DNA of 64,000 nucleotides from contig CBDCVR010000014.1 of assembly GCA_965223155.1 (NCBI GenBank), positions 288,001-352,000 on the forward strand. Reading direction: 5' to 3'. Of the stretch, positions 51,918-62,415 are shown piece after piece. A model generated the notes under the pieces. The model searched no databases. It had not been told where the DNA came from and worked only from the letters and a program-made list of their open reading frames with translations. The position numbers were made by a program, and so were the translations under genes. How positions within the stretch are numbered: position 1 is the first letter of the stretch; each line of letters begins with the position of its first letter. The DNA comes from Candidatus Multivoradales bacterium (lineage in GTDB: Bacteria; Acidobacteriota; Thermoanaerobaculia; Multivoradales; JAHEKO01).

Positions 51918-54259
51918 TCAGTGTAAGTGCTGCCCCTCGCCGAACTCAGTCTTGAAAGACTCCCAGCGCTTCTTCAAGTCAGCGAGGAGCTCCCGGAAGT
52001 CCTGCCGCTCACGCAGGACCGCGAAGTGCCGGTCCTGAAGGAACGCCGGATAGTTGGGCAGACCGTCGTTGGCGGCGCGGGTCAGCTCCTGAACGGCACG
52101 CTCACCGTCTCCGATGGTTGCGTAAGCAGCTGCGGCGTAATGGTAGGTGTGGTGGGCGTGGGAAAGGGACGGCCGATCACCCAGTGCAACCTCGAGGCTT
52201 TCAACAGCACGCTTCGACTCGCCTCGCTTCGCCCAGAGCAGAGCCTCACTGACGATCAGCATCGGGTCCTCACCCGCGACTTCCATGCCCCTCTTGATCG
52301 CAGATTCCGCCTTGTCGAGCTCGTCCACATAGAGAAAGGCCGTCGCCAGAAACATGTTGCCGTACAGGTGATTCGGATCTCGGGCCACAGTCTGCTTCAT
52401 GTAGCCGACGGCGGCCAGGGAATCTCCCTTCCAGCCAACCGCTTCCCCCATCAGGAGCAACCCCAGCAGATCGTCGGGTTGAGCTTCCAGCGCCTGGTGT
52501 AGGCAGGAGATGGCCTCATCGAGAAGCCCGACGTGGCCCAGTACGATTGCGCGCCACAGAATTGCATCCGAGGGGCAGGCCGGATGTTCGCAAGCTCTTC
52601 CCAGGTCGCGCAGAGCAGCCGCGTGCTGGAAGCCGTGATCCGGTGACCAGATCAATCGCCCGCGGGCAGTCCAGGCCTCGGGGTCATTGGGATCCAGAGC
52701 AAGGGCGCGCTTGACCGCCTGCGCGGCTTCGTCGAGCCACTTGGGGTCGGGGTCGATGAGAACGCCCATGTTGACGCACGCCGCAGCCAGTCGCGCCCAA
52801 CCACTGGAGAACTGTGGGTCCCGCTTCACACAGTCGCGGAACATCTCAATCGCGGCATTCGTATCCCACTGCGTGTAGCGCAGGAGTCGCTCGTTTGCGC
52901 GCAGGAAGAGCTCGTAGGCATCTGGATCCCGGGTCGGGGATTCGGCGCTCGAGCGGTCACTCTCGGCGACACCCAGACTCATACCGATCTTCTCGGCCAG
53001 TTGATCCTGGAGGTCGAAGAGCTCGTTCATGTGCCCGTCGGCCTTGACGGAGAGAACTGTCGAATCACTGGATGCGTCCCATGCTTGCACCTGGACCCTG
53101 ACATTGGATCCCAGCTTCTGGATGCTTCCCTCGACAACGACCGTCACGTTGAGGTCTCCGGTGACCTGAGTCGGGTCGGTGTCTTGCTCCGCATACCGCA
53201 TGACCGCGCTCGTGGGGCGAACCACGAGTTCCCGGTTCAGACTGAGTCCGTGCGATACGGCCTCGGCGAGGGCGAGAGAGAGAGAAACGCGTCCTCGCTT
53301 TCCCCGGACAGGAGTTTGAAGGGGAGTACGGCCACGGCGAGCCTGTCTGGGGAAACGGCTTGTGTCGGCACCGCTGCGCCGGACCCAGAACCGTCGCGCC
53401 GCAATCGCTTGAGATCAGCGCACAGTCCTGCAGCGCTTTGGTACCGCAGGCAGGCGTCCTTCTCCAGTGCCTTGTTGAGAATGCGCTCGAGCTCGCTCGG
53501 GACCTCGCGATTGAACTCGATCGGAGCGGTCGGTGACCGGTTGAGGATCGCATCGAACACTGCCGCGGACGTATCGCCCTCGAAAGCCCGCTTACCGGTG
53601 AGCATCTCGTACAGCACGACACCCAGCGAGAAGATGTCGGACCTGTGGTCGACCACCTTCCCCAGCGCCTGCTCGGGCGACATGTAGGAGATCGTGCCCA
53701 TCACCGATCCCGGCGTGGTCATTGCCAGCGCGGTCCGCGTCTCGTCATCGGCCCCGACTGCCGAGTCCACTGCAAGCTTGGCGAGGCCAAAATCCAGCAT
53801 CTTCGCGCGCGGTGCCGACGATTCGTCATCGACGATGAAGATATTGGCCGGCTTGAGATCGCGGTGGACGATTCCCTTGCTGTGCGCGGCGACAAGGGCC
53901 TCAGCGATCTGGATTGCGAGATCGACGACAGCTTCAACACCCATCGGCGCGCCGCGGATCTGCTCCAGCAGCGATCGACCTTCCAGCAACTCCATGACAA
54001 TGTACTGTCGACCTTTCCACTCTCCGATGTCGTAGATCGAGCAGATGGCGGGGTGATTGAGAGCCGATACCGCGCGCGCTTCGCGCAGGTGGCGATCTAC
54101 GACGTCTCTGTCTCGCGCCCTCTCTTCAGGAACGAACTTGAGCGCCACGCATCTTCGGAGTCGGGTGTCCTCCGCCTTCCACACAATCCCCATCCCGCCC
54201 TCGCCGATCTTCTCGATCAGACGGTAGTGCAACACTTGTTGTCCAGTCTCGATGGACAC
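51918..54259 (-). pseudogene. Ser/Thr protein kinase + TolB-N-like + TPR protein, split by a 2-nt frameshift
   Basis: Kinase motifs IGEGGMG, HRDLKPAN, DFGLAK, YMSPEQ (53237-54259) and TPR half (51918-53225). Removing one TC of the (TC)6 tract at 53274-53285 joins them. Confidence 0.85.
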
Positions 54260-54406
54260 CTGCCAAGGCTCGCTCTCGAATTGAGGATCCAGTCTATCTC
54301 CCCGGATGCTGAATGGGCCTGCCCGTTCCAGGGCCCGTGGCCCGAACCTAGCGCAACGACTCGAGACGGCGACCGTTCGTCCCGCCTGTAGCCGCTAATC
54401 TCGCGC

Positions 54407-54655
54407 CTACCTTCTCAGAAAAGCGAAGATCTCCTCCCAGGCTTCCTCACCCGCGCTCGGATTCCGGCCAACGGTCATGCCCCCGCCGATCGCCAAAACC
54501 TCCGGCCCCTCGGTGAGGTCGAACCCATGCCGAGCGTCTGCGTAGCGCCGGACCTCGGGCCGTGCCTTGTGGGGCAGACGTTCCAGAATCCTGTCGCAGT
54601 CCTTCGGAGGCGTAATGTCGTCGGCCTCCCCGAGAATCACCAATACCGGGACGCT
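54407..54655 (-). pseudogene. C-terminal fragment of a dienelactone hydrolase (third copy)
   Basis: SVPVLVILGEADDITPPKDCDRIL...HGFDLTEGPEVLAIGGGMTVGRNP. Confidence 0.85.
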
Positions 54656-54704
54656 CGAAGGCGTCGAGCTCGCGCTTGGTGAGGTCCTGGCTCTCTCGGG
54701 GCAT
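54650..54704 (-). pseudogene. Possible N-terminal remnant of an arm-binding tyrosine integrase
   Basis: GGAAGGAG RBS then MPRESQDLTKRELDAFERP, resembling the 'LTKRxIDAL' integrase N-terminus; lies next to att and arm-like repeats. Confidence 0.45.
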
Positions 54705-54857
54705 CCGTGGCTCCTTCCAGGGAAGACGGCCGACACGGAGGTCGGCCGCTACGTCAGGAGTCATTCCTCCTTCGGTGTGAAAAGACGGTCGAGACGGAGC
54801 TCGACCGCTACATCAGGAGGGCTCCTCCATCGGCCACCACAGATGAGTCTAGCCGAA

Positions 54858-54982
54858 AGTGGTAACCATAGTGGTAACCAAAAACTAGCGAGTTAAGCCG
54901 TTTTCTCCGAAACTTGTAGTAGTTACTTCGGGTCCTAACCGCGTACACCATGTCTCGACAAGTCACTCTAATACAGTGACTT
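54858..54982. mobile_element. Island end: arm-type repeats and hairpin adjoining att
   Basis: AGTGGTAACCA x2 (54858, 54870); AAGTCACT-N7-AGTGACTT hairpin (54960-54982) abutting the att core. Confidence 0.6.
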
Positions 54983-55090
54983 GGTGTCCCCAACGGGATT
55001 TGCTACGAAGCGGAGCGATGCAATCGCTTCGCTGACCTCCGAATCCCGGAGGGGGCAACCCTGCCGAAGGCAGTGGTGTCCCCAACGGGA
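54982..55090. repeat. 109-bp direct repeat, right copy, overlapping the tRNA 3' end
   Basis: Identical to 50688-50796. Confidence 0.92.
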
Positions 55091-55151
55091 TTTGAACCCG
55101 TGTTGCCAGCTTGAAAGGCTGGAGTCCTAGGCCAGGCTAGACGATGGGGAC
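55074..55151 (-). tRNA. tRNA-Glu (TTC)
   Basis: GTCCCCATCGTCTAGCCTGGCCTAGGACTCCAGCCTTTCAAGCTGGCAACACGGGTTCAAATCCCGTTGGGGACACCA: cloverleaf, anticodon TTC, encoded CCA. Confidence 0.97.
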
Positions 55152-55285
55152 AGGTAGGCGCCGCGGCGCGACGGCGGGGATGATAGCAGAGTCTTGGGGC
55201 GATCTTCGCGGTCCGTCACGCTCCGCCGGACAAGGGCCGGGCCGGGGCCGGACGAGGGCCGGGCGAGAGCCCGGCAAGAGCTGGG

Positions 55286-56500
55286 TCAGGCGCGCTCGGC
55301 GCCGGCGTGGCGGTAGATCTCGGTGAGGATCCGGAGGTTTCGTCCGCCGGTGTAGAGGTCTTCGAAACGACGGCGTGCGGCGGCGCGGCGAGCCGCCAGG
55401 CCTTGGGGATCGGCGCTCAGGAGACGCACGGCAGCAGCCAGGGCGGTCGGGCTTTCGGGCTCGAAGCGCGCTCCAATCTCGTCGTCCACGAGTTCGGCGA
55501 GAGCCCCGGAATCGGAGGCCACGACCGGCGTGCCCTTGGCGAGGGCTTCGATGATGACTCGCGGGCAGTTCTCGTGGGCGATCGACGGCACGACCAGGCA
55601 GGCCGCCTCACCCATGAGGTCGAGCACCGGGGCCAGGTCGAGCGGCCCCAACACCTCGATGGCCGGATCGGCCTCCGCGGCCGAGCGCACCTCGTCCGCC
55701 AGCGGCCCGTCGCCAACGATCTTGAGGGGCATCCCGGGTGCTCCATCGCGCCAGGCCGCCAGGAGCACTTGCACGCCCTTCGCCGGCACCAACCGCCCGA
55801 CGAAGAGCGCATAGCCCCGGCCACCCGTCCTCGCGTCCGTCCCAGTCCTAGTCTCTGAATCCACACCGGGACCCGAACCGGGGCCGGGATCGGGCGCCAG
55901 GAAGTTGGGCTTGACCGCGATGCGCTCCGCCGGCCAGCCGCCTTCGACGAGCTTGTCCCTCGACGCCTCCGAGAGCGCGATGACGCGATCGACCCTGCGT
56001 CGTATCGTTCCGCGTAGATTATGAATCACCTGCATCGCCCCAACGACGGCACTCTGCACCAGGTTGCCGTGGTAGCAGCGATGCACCACGCTCTGCCAGG
56101 GCAGGGTCTTTCCCAGACAGAGCTCGCAAGGCAAGCCCTCGCGCACGAAGTTGGCATTGGCACACTGCCAGCGGAAGTTGTGGACCGACTGGACCACGGG
56201 CACGCCGCGAGCGCGGGCGACATCGTAGACCGAGGGCGAAAACAGCGGAAAGAGGTTGGTCGCGTGGAACACGTCGGGACGCTCCCGATCCAGCAACCGG
56301 CCCAGCCAGCGGGCGCTCTCCCGATTCCAGATCGAGCCCAGAGCCACGGCGGCGCGCGGTCGCTCCTCGACGTCCCGGTTGCTCATGGTGAAGCGGACGA
56401 CCTCGTGGCCGCCGGCCTCGAGCAGCGCGGCTTCGTCGCGAAAGACCCGGTCTTCCCCGCCAGGCGTGCGGTAGAAGTTGTGGCACAGAAGGATCTTCAT
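55286..56500 (-). CDS. GT4 glycosyltransferase
   Basis: MKILLCHNFYRTPGGED, FVGRL..AKG, PSIAHENCPRVIIEALAKGTPVV. Confidence 0.92.
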   Translation of the reverse strand: MKILLCHNFYRTPGGEDRVFRDEAALLEAGGHEVVRFTMSNRDVEERPRAAVALGSIWNRESARWLGRLLDRERPDVFHATNLFPLFSPSVYDVARARGVPVVQSVHNFRWQCANANFVREGLPCELCLGKTLPWQSVVHRCYHGNLVQSAVVGAMQVIHNLRGTIRRRVDRVIALSEASRDKLVEGGWPAERIAVKPNFLAPDPGPGSGPGVDSETRTGTDARTGGRGYALFVGRLVPAKGVQVLLAAWRDGAPGMPLKIVGDGPLADEVRSAAEADPAIEVLGPLDLAPVLDLMGEAACLVVPSIAHENCPRVIIEALAKGTPVVASDSGALAELVDDEIGARFEPESPTALAAAVRLLSADPQGLAARRAAARRRFEDLYTGGRNLRILTEIYRHAGAERA

Positions 56501-58353
56501 CCGGCCGGTGGCTGGACGGGCCTCTTCCGCGTCTCGCTCCCTTGTGGACCGGCCTGAGCCTCCACCAGCTGACGGTAGGGCCCATGAACCGCCATCAAAC
56601 GCTCGTGGCTCCCCTGCTCAACGACCCGCCCGGCCTCGAGGACGACCAGGTTGTCGGCGTCGCGCACTGTGGCGAGGCGGTGGGCGACGATCAGAACCGT
56701 TCGGGAGCCCCGCATCTCAGCCAGGGCTTCCTGGATCTTGCGCTCGCTTTCGGAATCCAGGTCACTCGTGGCCTCGTCCAGGATCAAGACCTCCGGATCG
56801 CGCAGGATCGCGCGGGCGATCGCAAGGCGCTGGCGCTGCCCCGCCGAGAGCAGCGAGCCGCGCTCGCCAACCACGGTGGCGAGACCTTCCGGCAGCCGGT
56901 CCAGGAACTCGAGTGCGTGGGCCCGGCGGCAGGCCTCGCGCACCTCGTCGAGGTTGGCGTCGGGGCGCCCCAGCCGGATGTTCTCGAGCGCGGTCTCATG
57001 GAACAGGAAGGTGTCCTGAGGCACCATCGCGACCCGCTCGAGCCACTGGGTCCGGTCGATTGCAGCGAGATTCACCCCATCGACCAAGATCCGCCCAGTG
57101 TCGCATGCCAACAGACCCGCCAGCAGGTTGGCGACGGTCGACTTGCCCGAGCCCGACGGACCGACGAGGCCGGTGGTTGTGCCCCGCTCCAGGGCGAACC
57201 CAACCTCGTGAAGTGCCGCCTCGTCGCGCCCACGATAGCGATACGAGACAGCCTCGAAGGTGACCTCCCGCTCCAGGCCGGCGAACGGCACCGCCTCCTC
57301 GCGAACCGGCGGCGGCTCGGCATCGCCCTCCAGGATCTCGAGCAACGAGCCGGCGCTGGGCACGAGCGTCGCCAGCCGTCCCCGCAGATCGGCCACGACC
57401 AAGGCCGGCGTCAGCAGGCGCAGCGCCACGGCCAGAAAGAGCCCCATGAACCCGAGAGAGGCTTCCAGCCGATCCGACAGAACCCAGGTGCTGCCGATCA
57501 TCAGAAGACACAACACAAAGGCGTTGACCGAGACGAAGAGCGGCCGGTTCAGATGAGCCAGGACGCCCTGTCGCCGCGCCGAACGCTCGCGCTCGGACGT
57601 CAACCCGGCGAAGCGCGAGCGAAACCGGTCCTCGAGCTGATAGAGGCGTACCAGGGGCAAGGCCGCCACGGTCTCGAGGCCGAAAGCGTTGAGCCGGGAC
57701 TCGGCCCGGTTAACCCGCCGGCCAGAGGCAACCTGACGCTGCTTGAAGGCCCCACGCACAGCTACCGACGACAATCCGAGGAGACCCACCGCGATCAAGG
57801 TCATCTTCCAGGACACCACCAGCAGCACCGTGAGGTAGACCAGAATCGTGGCCACGTCGACGACGGCCATCGCGGTCATACGGACAACAAGGCCGGCGTC
57901 GGTCGAGTACTTGTTGAGGGCGGTCAAGAGGTGTCCGGCGGGCTCGCCCGCGTGGGCGGTCAGATCGCGCGCCAGAAGGGCGCCGTAGAGCCGTTCACGC
58001 AGCCCGCGCACGACCCCTTCTTCCAGCCACACGGCCGAGATCCGGCTGGCGGCGTAGAGAACGCCGCGGACGATCAGGATCGCCATCAGGATCGCGCCGC
58101 CCATTCGTACCCGACCGGCAAGGGAGCTTCGGCCGGCAAGCTCTAGAAGCTCGGAGACGCCTGGCATCCGGGCAAGCCAGCTCGAGCCTCCCTGGGCCGA
58201 GTCGACGAGCGAGACCACCAGACCGACCCCCAGTCCTTCGGTCAGCGACGCGGCCAGCGAGGTTACGATCACCGCGACCAGCAGGGCGCTTCGTCCGGCG
58301 GTCAGGGTTCGAAGCCAGGATGCCAGACCGACGCTCTTGGTTGCCTCCTCCAT
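56497..58353 (-). CDS. ABC exporter, fused permease/ATPase (MsbA/PglK-like)
   Basis: GPSGSGKST, LSAGQRQRLAIARA, LILDEATS. Confidence 0.93.
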   Translation of the reverse strand: MEEATKSVGLASWLRTLTAGRSALLVAVIVTSLAASLTEGLGVGLVVSLVDSAQGGSSWLARMPGVSELLELAGRSSLAGRVRMGGAILMAILIVRGVLYAASRISAVWLEEGVVRGLRERLYGALLARDLTAHAGEPAGHLLTALNKYSTDAGLVVRMTAMAVVDVATILVYLTVLLVVSWKMTLIAVGLLGLSSVAVRGAFKQRQVASGRRVNRAESRLNAFGLETVAALPLVRLYQLEDRFRSRFAGLTSERERSARRQGVLAHLNRPLFVSVNAFVLCLLMIGSTWVLSDRLEASLGFMGLFLAVALRLLTPALVVADLRGRLATLVPSAGSLLEILEGDAEPPPVREEAVPFAGLEREVTFEAVSYRYRGRDEAALHEVGFALERGTTTGLVGPSGSGKSTVANLLAGLLACDTGRILVDGVNLAAIDRTQWLERVAMVPQDTFLFHETALENIRLGRPDANLDEVREACRRAHALEFLDRLPEGLATVVGERGSLLSAGQRQRLAIARAILRDPEVLILDEATSDLDSESERKIQEALAEMRGSRTVLIVAHRLATVRDADNLVVLEAGRVVEQGSHERLMAVHGPYRQLVEAQAGPQGSETRKRPVQPPAG

Positions 58354-58393
58354 GGATCCCCGCGCACGCTACCAGAGCGCGTTCGAGCCTCGA

Positions 58394-59950
58394 TTAGCTT
58401 CCTAAACCCTTTCCCGCCGCCAGCCGATCGGCCAACCGTAGGGCCAGCGCCAGGAGGGTCAGGGTCGGATTGGCCCAGCCGTAGGTCGGGAAGACCGAGC
58501 TGCCCGCAACGAAGAGATTCTCGAGGTCGTGGACCCGGCAGTCCGCATCCACGACCCCCAGCTCTGGGTCCGAGCTCATCCGGGTCGCTCCCATGTGATG
58601 CTTGCCGGATTGCACCAGATCCCGCCAGCGGCGGCCGCCGCCATCGCCGTCACCGTTGAAGGTCCGGCGCAGCGCGCCGAGGCCGGCTCCGGCGAGTTCC
58701 TCTTCCAGCACTTCGTGAAAGCGGTGAAAGCTCGTCGCATCGGCGTCAACGGCTTGCCAGTGAACGTGCGGCAGCGGCACGCCAAACCGATCGAGCTCGC
58801 CTCCCAGGGTCACGCGATTCCCGGGATTCGGCGCCTGCTCCAGGGCGGTACGAACGATCAGGCGCTCTGGAGGCCGGTGCCGCTCCCGCCGGCGCCGCCA
58901 TAGCATCGAAGCCGTCGCGGGAAGGGCGGGCAGCGCCGGGCCCAGCCGCCGGACAGCGAGCCGCCAGTCCGGCCGCCGCAGGGCCTGGCGGAACTCCCGC
59001 GCCGCCACCACTGAGGCCGCCTCGTACCGGCCTGCCTCCATGTATCCGTACCTGGGGACCAGATAGGCCGCGCAGTTGCCGATGCCTTCGCTCAGAACGA
59101 GTGCCTCCGCCAACGTCAACACCCCATGACCGGTTGACTCGGCGTCCCAAGTGAAGGGGCGCAAGCGCTCGAAGTCGAAGTCTCGAAGCTCGGCCGAGTC
59201 GAGAAACGCGTGATCCATGAAATAGCGTCCTACTTGCTCGCCTCCCAGCCCGGAAACCAAGAGCAGCCTCGGATTCTCGATGCCGCCGGCCGCCAGGACG
59301 AAGGCCGACGCGTGGGCCTCCAGCTTCTGCCGGTCGGGTGTCGCGATCTCGACCGACCCCAGCCGACTGGTGCGGGAAGCACGGTTCAACCGCGTCGCCT
59401 GCGCCCCAAGCAATACGGTCGTGTGCCGGCTCCTCTCTAGAGGATTCCGGAACTGCCGGCCGAAAAGCACCGGCCGGATGTCCACCCAGCGGGGCGCCAG
59501 CCTTGGAACCGCCAGGTCTTCGACGGCGGATCGAGCGGCCCCACGTCCAGCCTCGGCGTCTCCGGCCGGCTCGAAGACCGCGCGGGCCCGCCGGAGGAAC
59601 GGATCGAGCTCCTCCCGTCCGAAAGGCCAGGCGGCCGCCCAATCGGGGCGGCCCCGAAAGTCGGCATCGTCGAGGGGCACCAGGCGGCCGGCCCACTCCC
59701 AACTCGAGCCACCCAGCCCGCGAAACCGGCTCCTGGTGAGTGGATACGCCGGCAGGCCCGACGTCGTGCCTCGATAAAGCTCCTGCTGTTCGGCGGTTGG
59801 ACGCTTGCCACCCCCTTCGAGCAGGAGGACCTCGGCCCCCTGCCGTTCGAGCTCCAGCGCCAGGACGATCCCGGCCATGCCGCCGCCGACGATGCAGACG
59901 TCGGCGCCAAGCCGGGCCGACGGTTCCCCTCTCGACAGATCGTGAATCAC
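58394..59950 (-). CDS. GMC-family FAD oxidoreductase
   Basis: DVCIVGGGMAG, LAAGGIENPRLLL, HHMGATRM, ANPTLT; GTGA overlap. Confidence 0.9.
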   Translation of the reverse strand: MIHDLSRGEPSARLGADVCIVGGGMAGIVLALELERQGAEVLLLEGGGKRPTAEQQELYRGTTSGLPAYPLTRSRFRGLGGSSWEWAGRLVPLDDADFRGRPDWAAAWPFGREELDPFLRRARAVFEPAGDAEAGRGAARSAVEDLAVPRLAPRWVDIRPVLFGRQFRNPLERSRHTTVLLGAQATRLNRASRTSRLGSVEIATPDRQKLEAHASAFVLAAGGIENPRLLLVSGLGGEQVGRYFMDHAFLDSAELRDFDFERLRPFTWDAESTGHGVLTLAEALVLSEGIGNCAAYLVPRYGYMEAGRYEAASVVAAREFRQALRRPDWRLAVRRLGPALPALPATASMLWRRRRERHRPPERLIVRTALEQAPNPGNRVTLGGELDRFGVPLPHVHWQAVDADATSFHRFHEVLEEELAGAGLGALRRTFNGDGDGGGRRWRDLVQSGKHHMGATRMSSDPELGVVDADCRVHDLENLFVAGSSVFPTYGWANPTLTLLALALRLADRLAAGKGLGS

Positions 59951-60801
59951 GGATTCCTCGGACCGAGAACGCTCTCCACCGCCCAACCCGCGGCCCAGCA
60001 GGTGGCACGCAAGAACCGGATCCGGCTCGCCCGCGAAACCGGCGCCCCCAGCAGGCCGCGTAGCGCGCGTCCGCTCAGCCTCGCGGCGCGCCTTGGCATC
60101 CCGGCCTCGGCTACGAACCGGCCGTGCCGCCGGTAGAGGCGTCTTCGAGCCCGACCGTAACCGAACTGTTGCCGGGCGATCCCGGACCCCGTCTGCCGGT
60201 GCCGGTAGTGAACCGCCGCACCTGGCGCGTACCGGACTCGGAATCCCTTGCGGGCCGCCCGAATCGCAAGATCGACGTCCTCGCCTGGACTCATGCCATG
60301 GTGCCACCCGCCCAACTCGTCGAAAACTGCCCGACGAACGGCGAAGTTGCCGCCGCTTACGAACTCGAACGTACCCAGGTACCGGGGCAGCGCGTCCTCC
60401 GGCCAAGGAACGTCCCAACGGCACCAGGACGGATTGAGCTCTTGATCGGAAAGGTAGCCGCCGACGAGATCGGCGGTCTCCAAGGCGCGGACCAACGCCT
60501 TGAGCCATCCCGCCGTGACCCGGTCGTCGGCATCACAGCCCGCGAGCAGAACACCACGAGCTCGAGCAACTCCCAGATTCCTTGCCGCCGCCACCGACCG
60601 GGGTGCGTTCGAGCCGTCCACAAACCGAACCGGAGGCAGCCGGGCCCGCCAGCGCTCGACCCGGGCCATCGAATCGTCGGTCGAGCCGTTGTCAACGACC
60701 ACCAGTTCCCAGCCGCCGCTGTAGGTCTGGGCGGCCAGGGCTTGGAGCTGCGTCTCAATCGTCGCCGCCGCGTCGAGCACTGGCAAGATCACCGAAACCA
60801 T
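59947..60801 (-). CDS. GT2 glycosyltransferase
   Basis: VSVILPV, VVVDNGSTD, AARNLG, CDADD, GEDVDL. Confidence 0.9.
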   Translation of the reverse strand: MVSVILPVLDAAATIETQLQALAAQTYSGGWELVVVDNGSTDDSMARVERWRARLPPVRFVDGSNAPRSVAAARNLGVARARGVLLAGCDADDRVTAGWLKALVRALETADLVGGYLSDQELNPSWCRWDVPWPEDALPRYLGTFEFVSGGNFAVRRAVFDELGGWHHGMSPGEDVDLAIRAARKGFRVRYAPGAAVHYRHRQTGSGIARQQFGYGRARRRLYRRHGRFVAEAGMPRRAARLSGRALRGLLGAPVSRASRIRFLRATCWAAGWAVESVLGPRNP

Positions 60802-60861
60802 CTGGTCCGAGGCACGGCGGTCCGCCGTCCCCGTACGGTCTCCTCCAGGTATCATCACGCC

Positions 60862-62415
60862 TTGTCGCGCCGCGTTCTCGTTTACCTTCTCGACGCCCTC
60901 GAGCCCGACCTGCTCGAGCGCTGGTCGGACGAAGGCTACCTGCCCCAGATCGCACGACTTCGGCGCTCGGCTCGCGAGTTCCGGGTCCAGAACCGGGTCG
61001 ATTTCCTTCCGGATTCTATCTTTGGAGAGCTTCTGACCGGACGCTCGGTGGTTCGTACGGGAGACCTCACCGTCCTCGAGCACCTGCACAGCGGCGAGGC
61101 CACGGCTCGGGAGCCGACCTTTGCCGAGTTGCACGCCCGGCCCTATTTCTGGCGCGCAGCCTGCCGCCAGGGGCACCGGGCGCTGCTCGTCGACTTGCCT
61201 GGCGGCACGATCGACCGGGAGATCGAGGGCTTTCAACTCCAGGAATACGGAATGCACTACGCGCGGTCGAGTCCGGCAACGGTACCGCCCGGCCGGTTGA
61301 ACGCGATTCTTGACGAGTACGGTCCCTATCCAGTCGTCAACGGCGATCTCTACCCACCCAGGCTTGGCGATCTCACCCGGCTGCGAGACGATCTGCTCCG
61401 CGGTGTCGAGATCAAGGAACGACTCTTTCGCTCGTTCCTCGAGACGGAGGACTGGGACCTCGCCATCCTCACCGCCTCCGAGGCACACGTCGCCGGACAC
61501 CGCTTCTGGCATCTCTGGGAAGACGGCCACCCGCTCCAGCCGCCGGGCGTTGGGGACCGGCACAAGAGCTACCTGCGAGAGATCTACCAGGCCATCGATC
61601 GGAGTTTGGAGACAGCCCTCGACCGCGCCGGCGACGACACCGAGGTGCTCGTCTTGGCGACTCACGGCTTTCAGCGCTTTGGCGGTGCCCAGGAGATGAT
61701 GGCCGAGTTCTGCGAGCGGCTCGGCCTCGGCAGCGGCCGGACGCTTCGGCTCAAGCTCTCGGTGCTCGCGCCCCGGAGCCTGAAGCGGGCCATACGCCAT
61801 GTCCTTCCGCAAGACACGATGGACCGGTTCGGACTCGGGCACCACGCCCGGATGCGGGGCTTCGCCGGAGCGGAGGTCCAGGCGATCGCGATCCCGAATC
61901 AGAGAATCGGAGCCTTCCGTCTGAACCTCGGCGGGCGCGAGCCGGAAGGCCGCGTCCAGCCCGGTGCCGAGGCCGAAGGCATCCTGACAAGAATCGAAGA
62001 TGAGGTCCGCCAGCTGCGAGACGTGCGCACCGGCTTGCCGGTCGTCCAGAGCGTAACCAGGGCGAGCGAGGCGTTCGGAAGCGACTATCACCCGAACCTG
62101 CCGGACCTGCTCGTGGACTTTCGGCACGACATCGGACCCATCGACTCCATCGAATCGAAAACCGTTGGCCGTCTCCATCGGCCCAAAGTGCATTTTCGAA
62201 CCGGCGACCACACGTCGAACTCGAGACTCTGGATGCTACGAACCGGGGCGAACGATCCGGCAAGCGCTTCCGCCGCGGCCGGCGCCGGCGCCAACTTGGT
62301 CGAGGACATCGACATCCTCGACATCGCTCCGACCGTCCTCAGCCGGCTGGGCGTCGAGCTGCCCGACGGTCTCGACGGCCGGCCGATCGAGCCGGCCCCA
62401 GTGCCCGGCCGCTAA
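60862..62415 (+). CDS. Alkaline phosphatase / nucleotide pyrophosphatase-superfamily protein
   Basis: RVLVYLLDALEPDLLERW, HVAGHRFWH, THG, TGDH, DIAPTVL. Confidence 0.8.
   Translation: MSRRVLVYLLDALEPDLLERWSDEGYLPQIARLRRSAREFRVQNRVDFLPDSIFGELLTGRSVVRTGDLTVLEHLHSGEATAREPTFAELHARPYFWRAACRQGHRALLVDLPGGTIDREIEGFQLQEYGMHYARSSPATVPPGRLNAILDEYGPYPVVNGDLYPPRLGDLTRLRDDLLRGVEIKERLFRSFLETEDWDLAILTASEAHVAGHRFWHLWEDGHPLQPPGVGDRHKSYLREIYQAIDRSLETALDRAGDDTEVLVLATHGFQRFGGAQEMMAEFCERLGLGSGRTLRLKLSVLAPRSLKRAIRHVLPQDTMDRFGLGHHARMRGFAGAEVQAIAIPNQRIGAFRLNLGGREPEGRVQPGAEAEGILTRIEDEVRQLRDVRTGLPVVQSVTRASEAFGSDYHPNLPDLLVDFRHDIGPIDSIESKTVGRLHRPKVHFRTGDHTSNSRLWMLRTGANDPASASAAAGAGANLVEDIDILDIAPTVLSRLGVELPDGLDGRPIEPAPVPGR

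Noticed and set aside
50688-55094. Repeated TGGTGTCCCCAACGGG units as a CRISPR array
   Set aside because: The repeats are tRNA 3'-end att cores, the intervening sequences are identical rather than unique, and there are no cas genes.
55146-55154. GGGGACAGG at the tRNA 5' end matches the arm of the repA hairpin family
   Set aside because: No partner arm at the 44-bp spacing; likely coincidence with the Glu acceptor stem.
55820-55890. Low-complexity insertion in GT4 (GPGSGPGVDSETRTGTDARTGG)
   Set aside because: In-frame degenerate hexamer expansion in a linker; common and uninformative.
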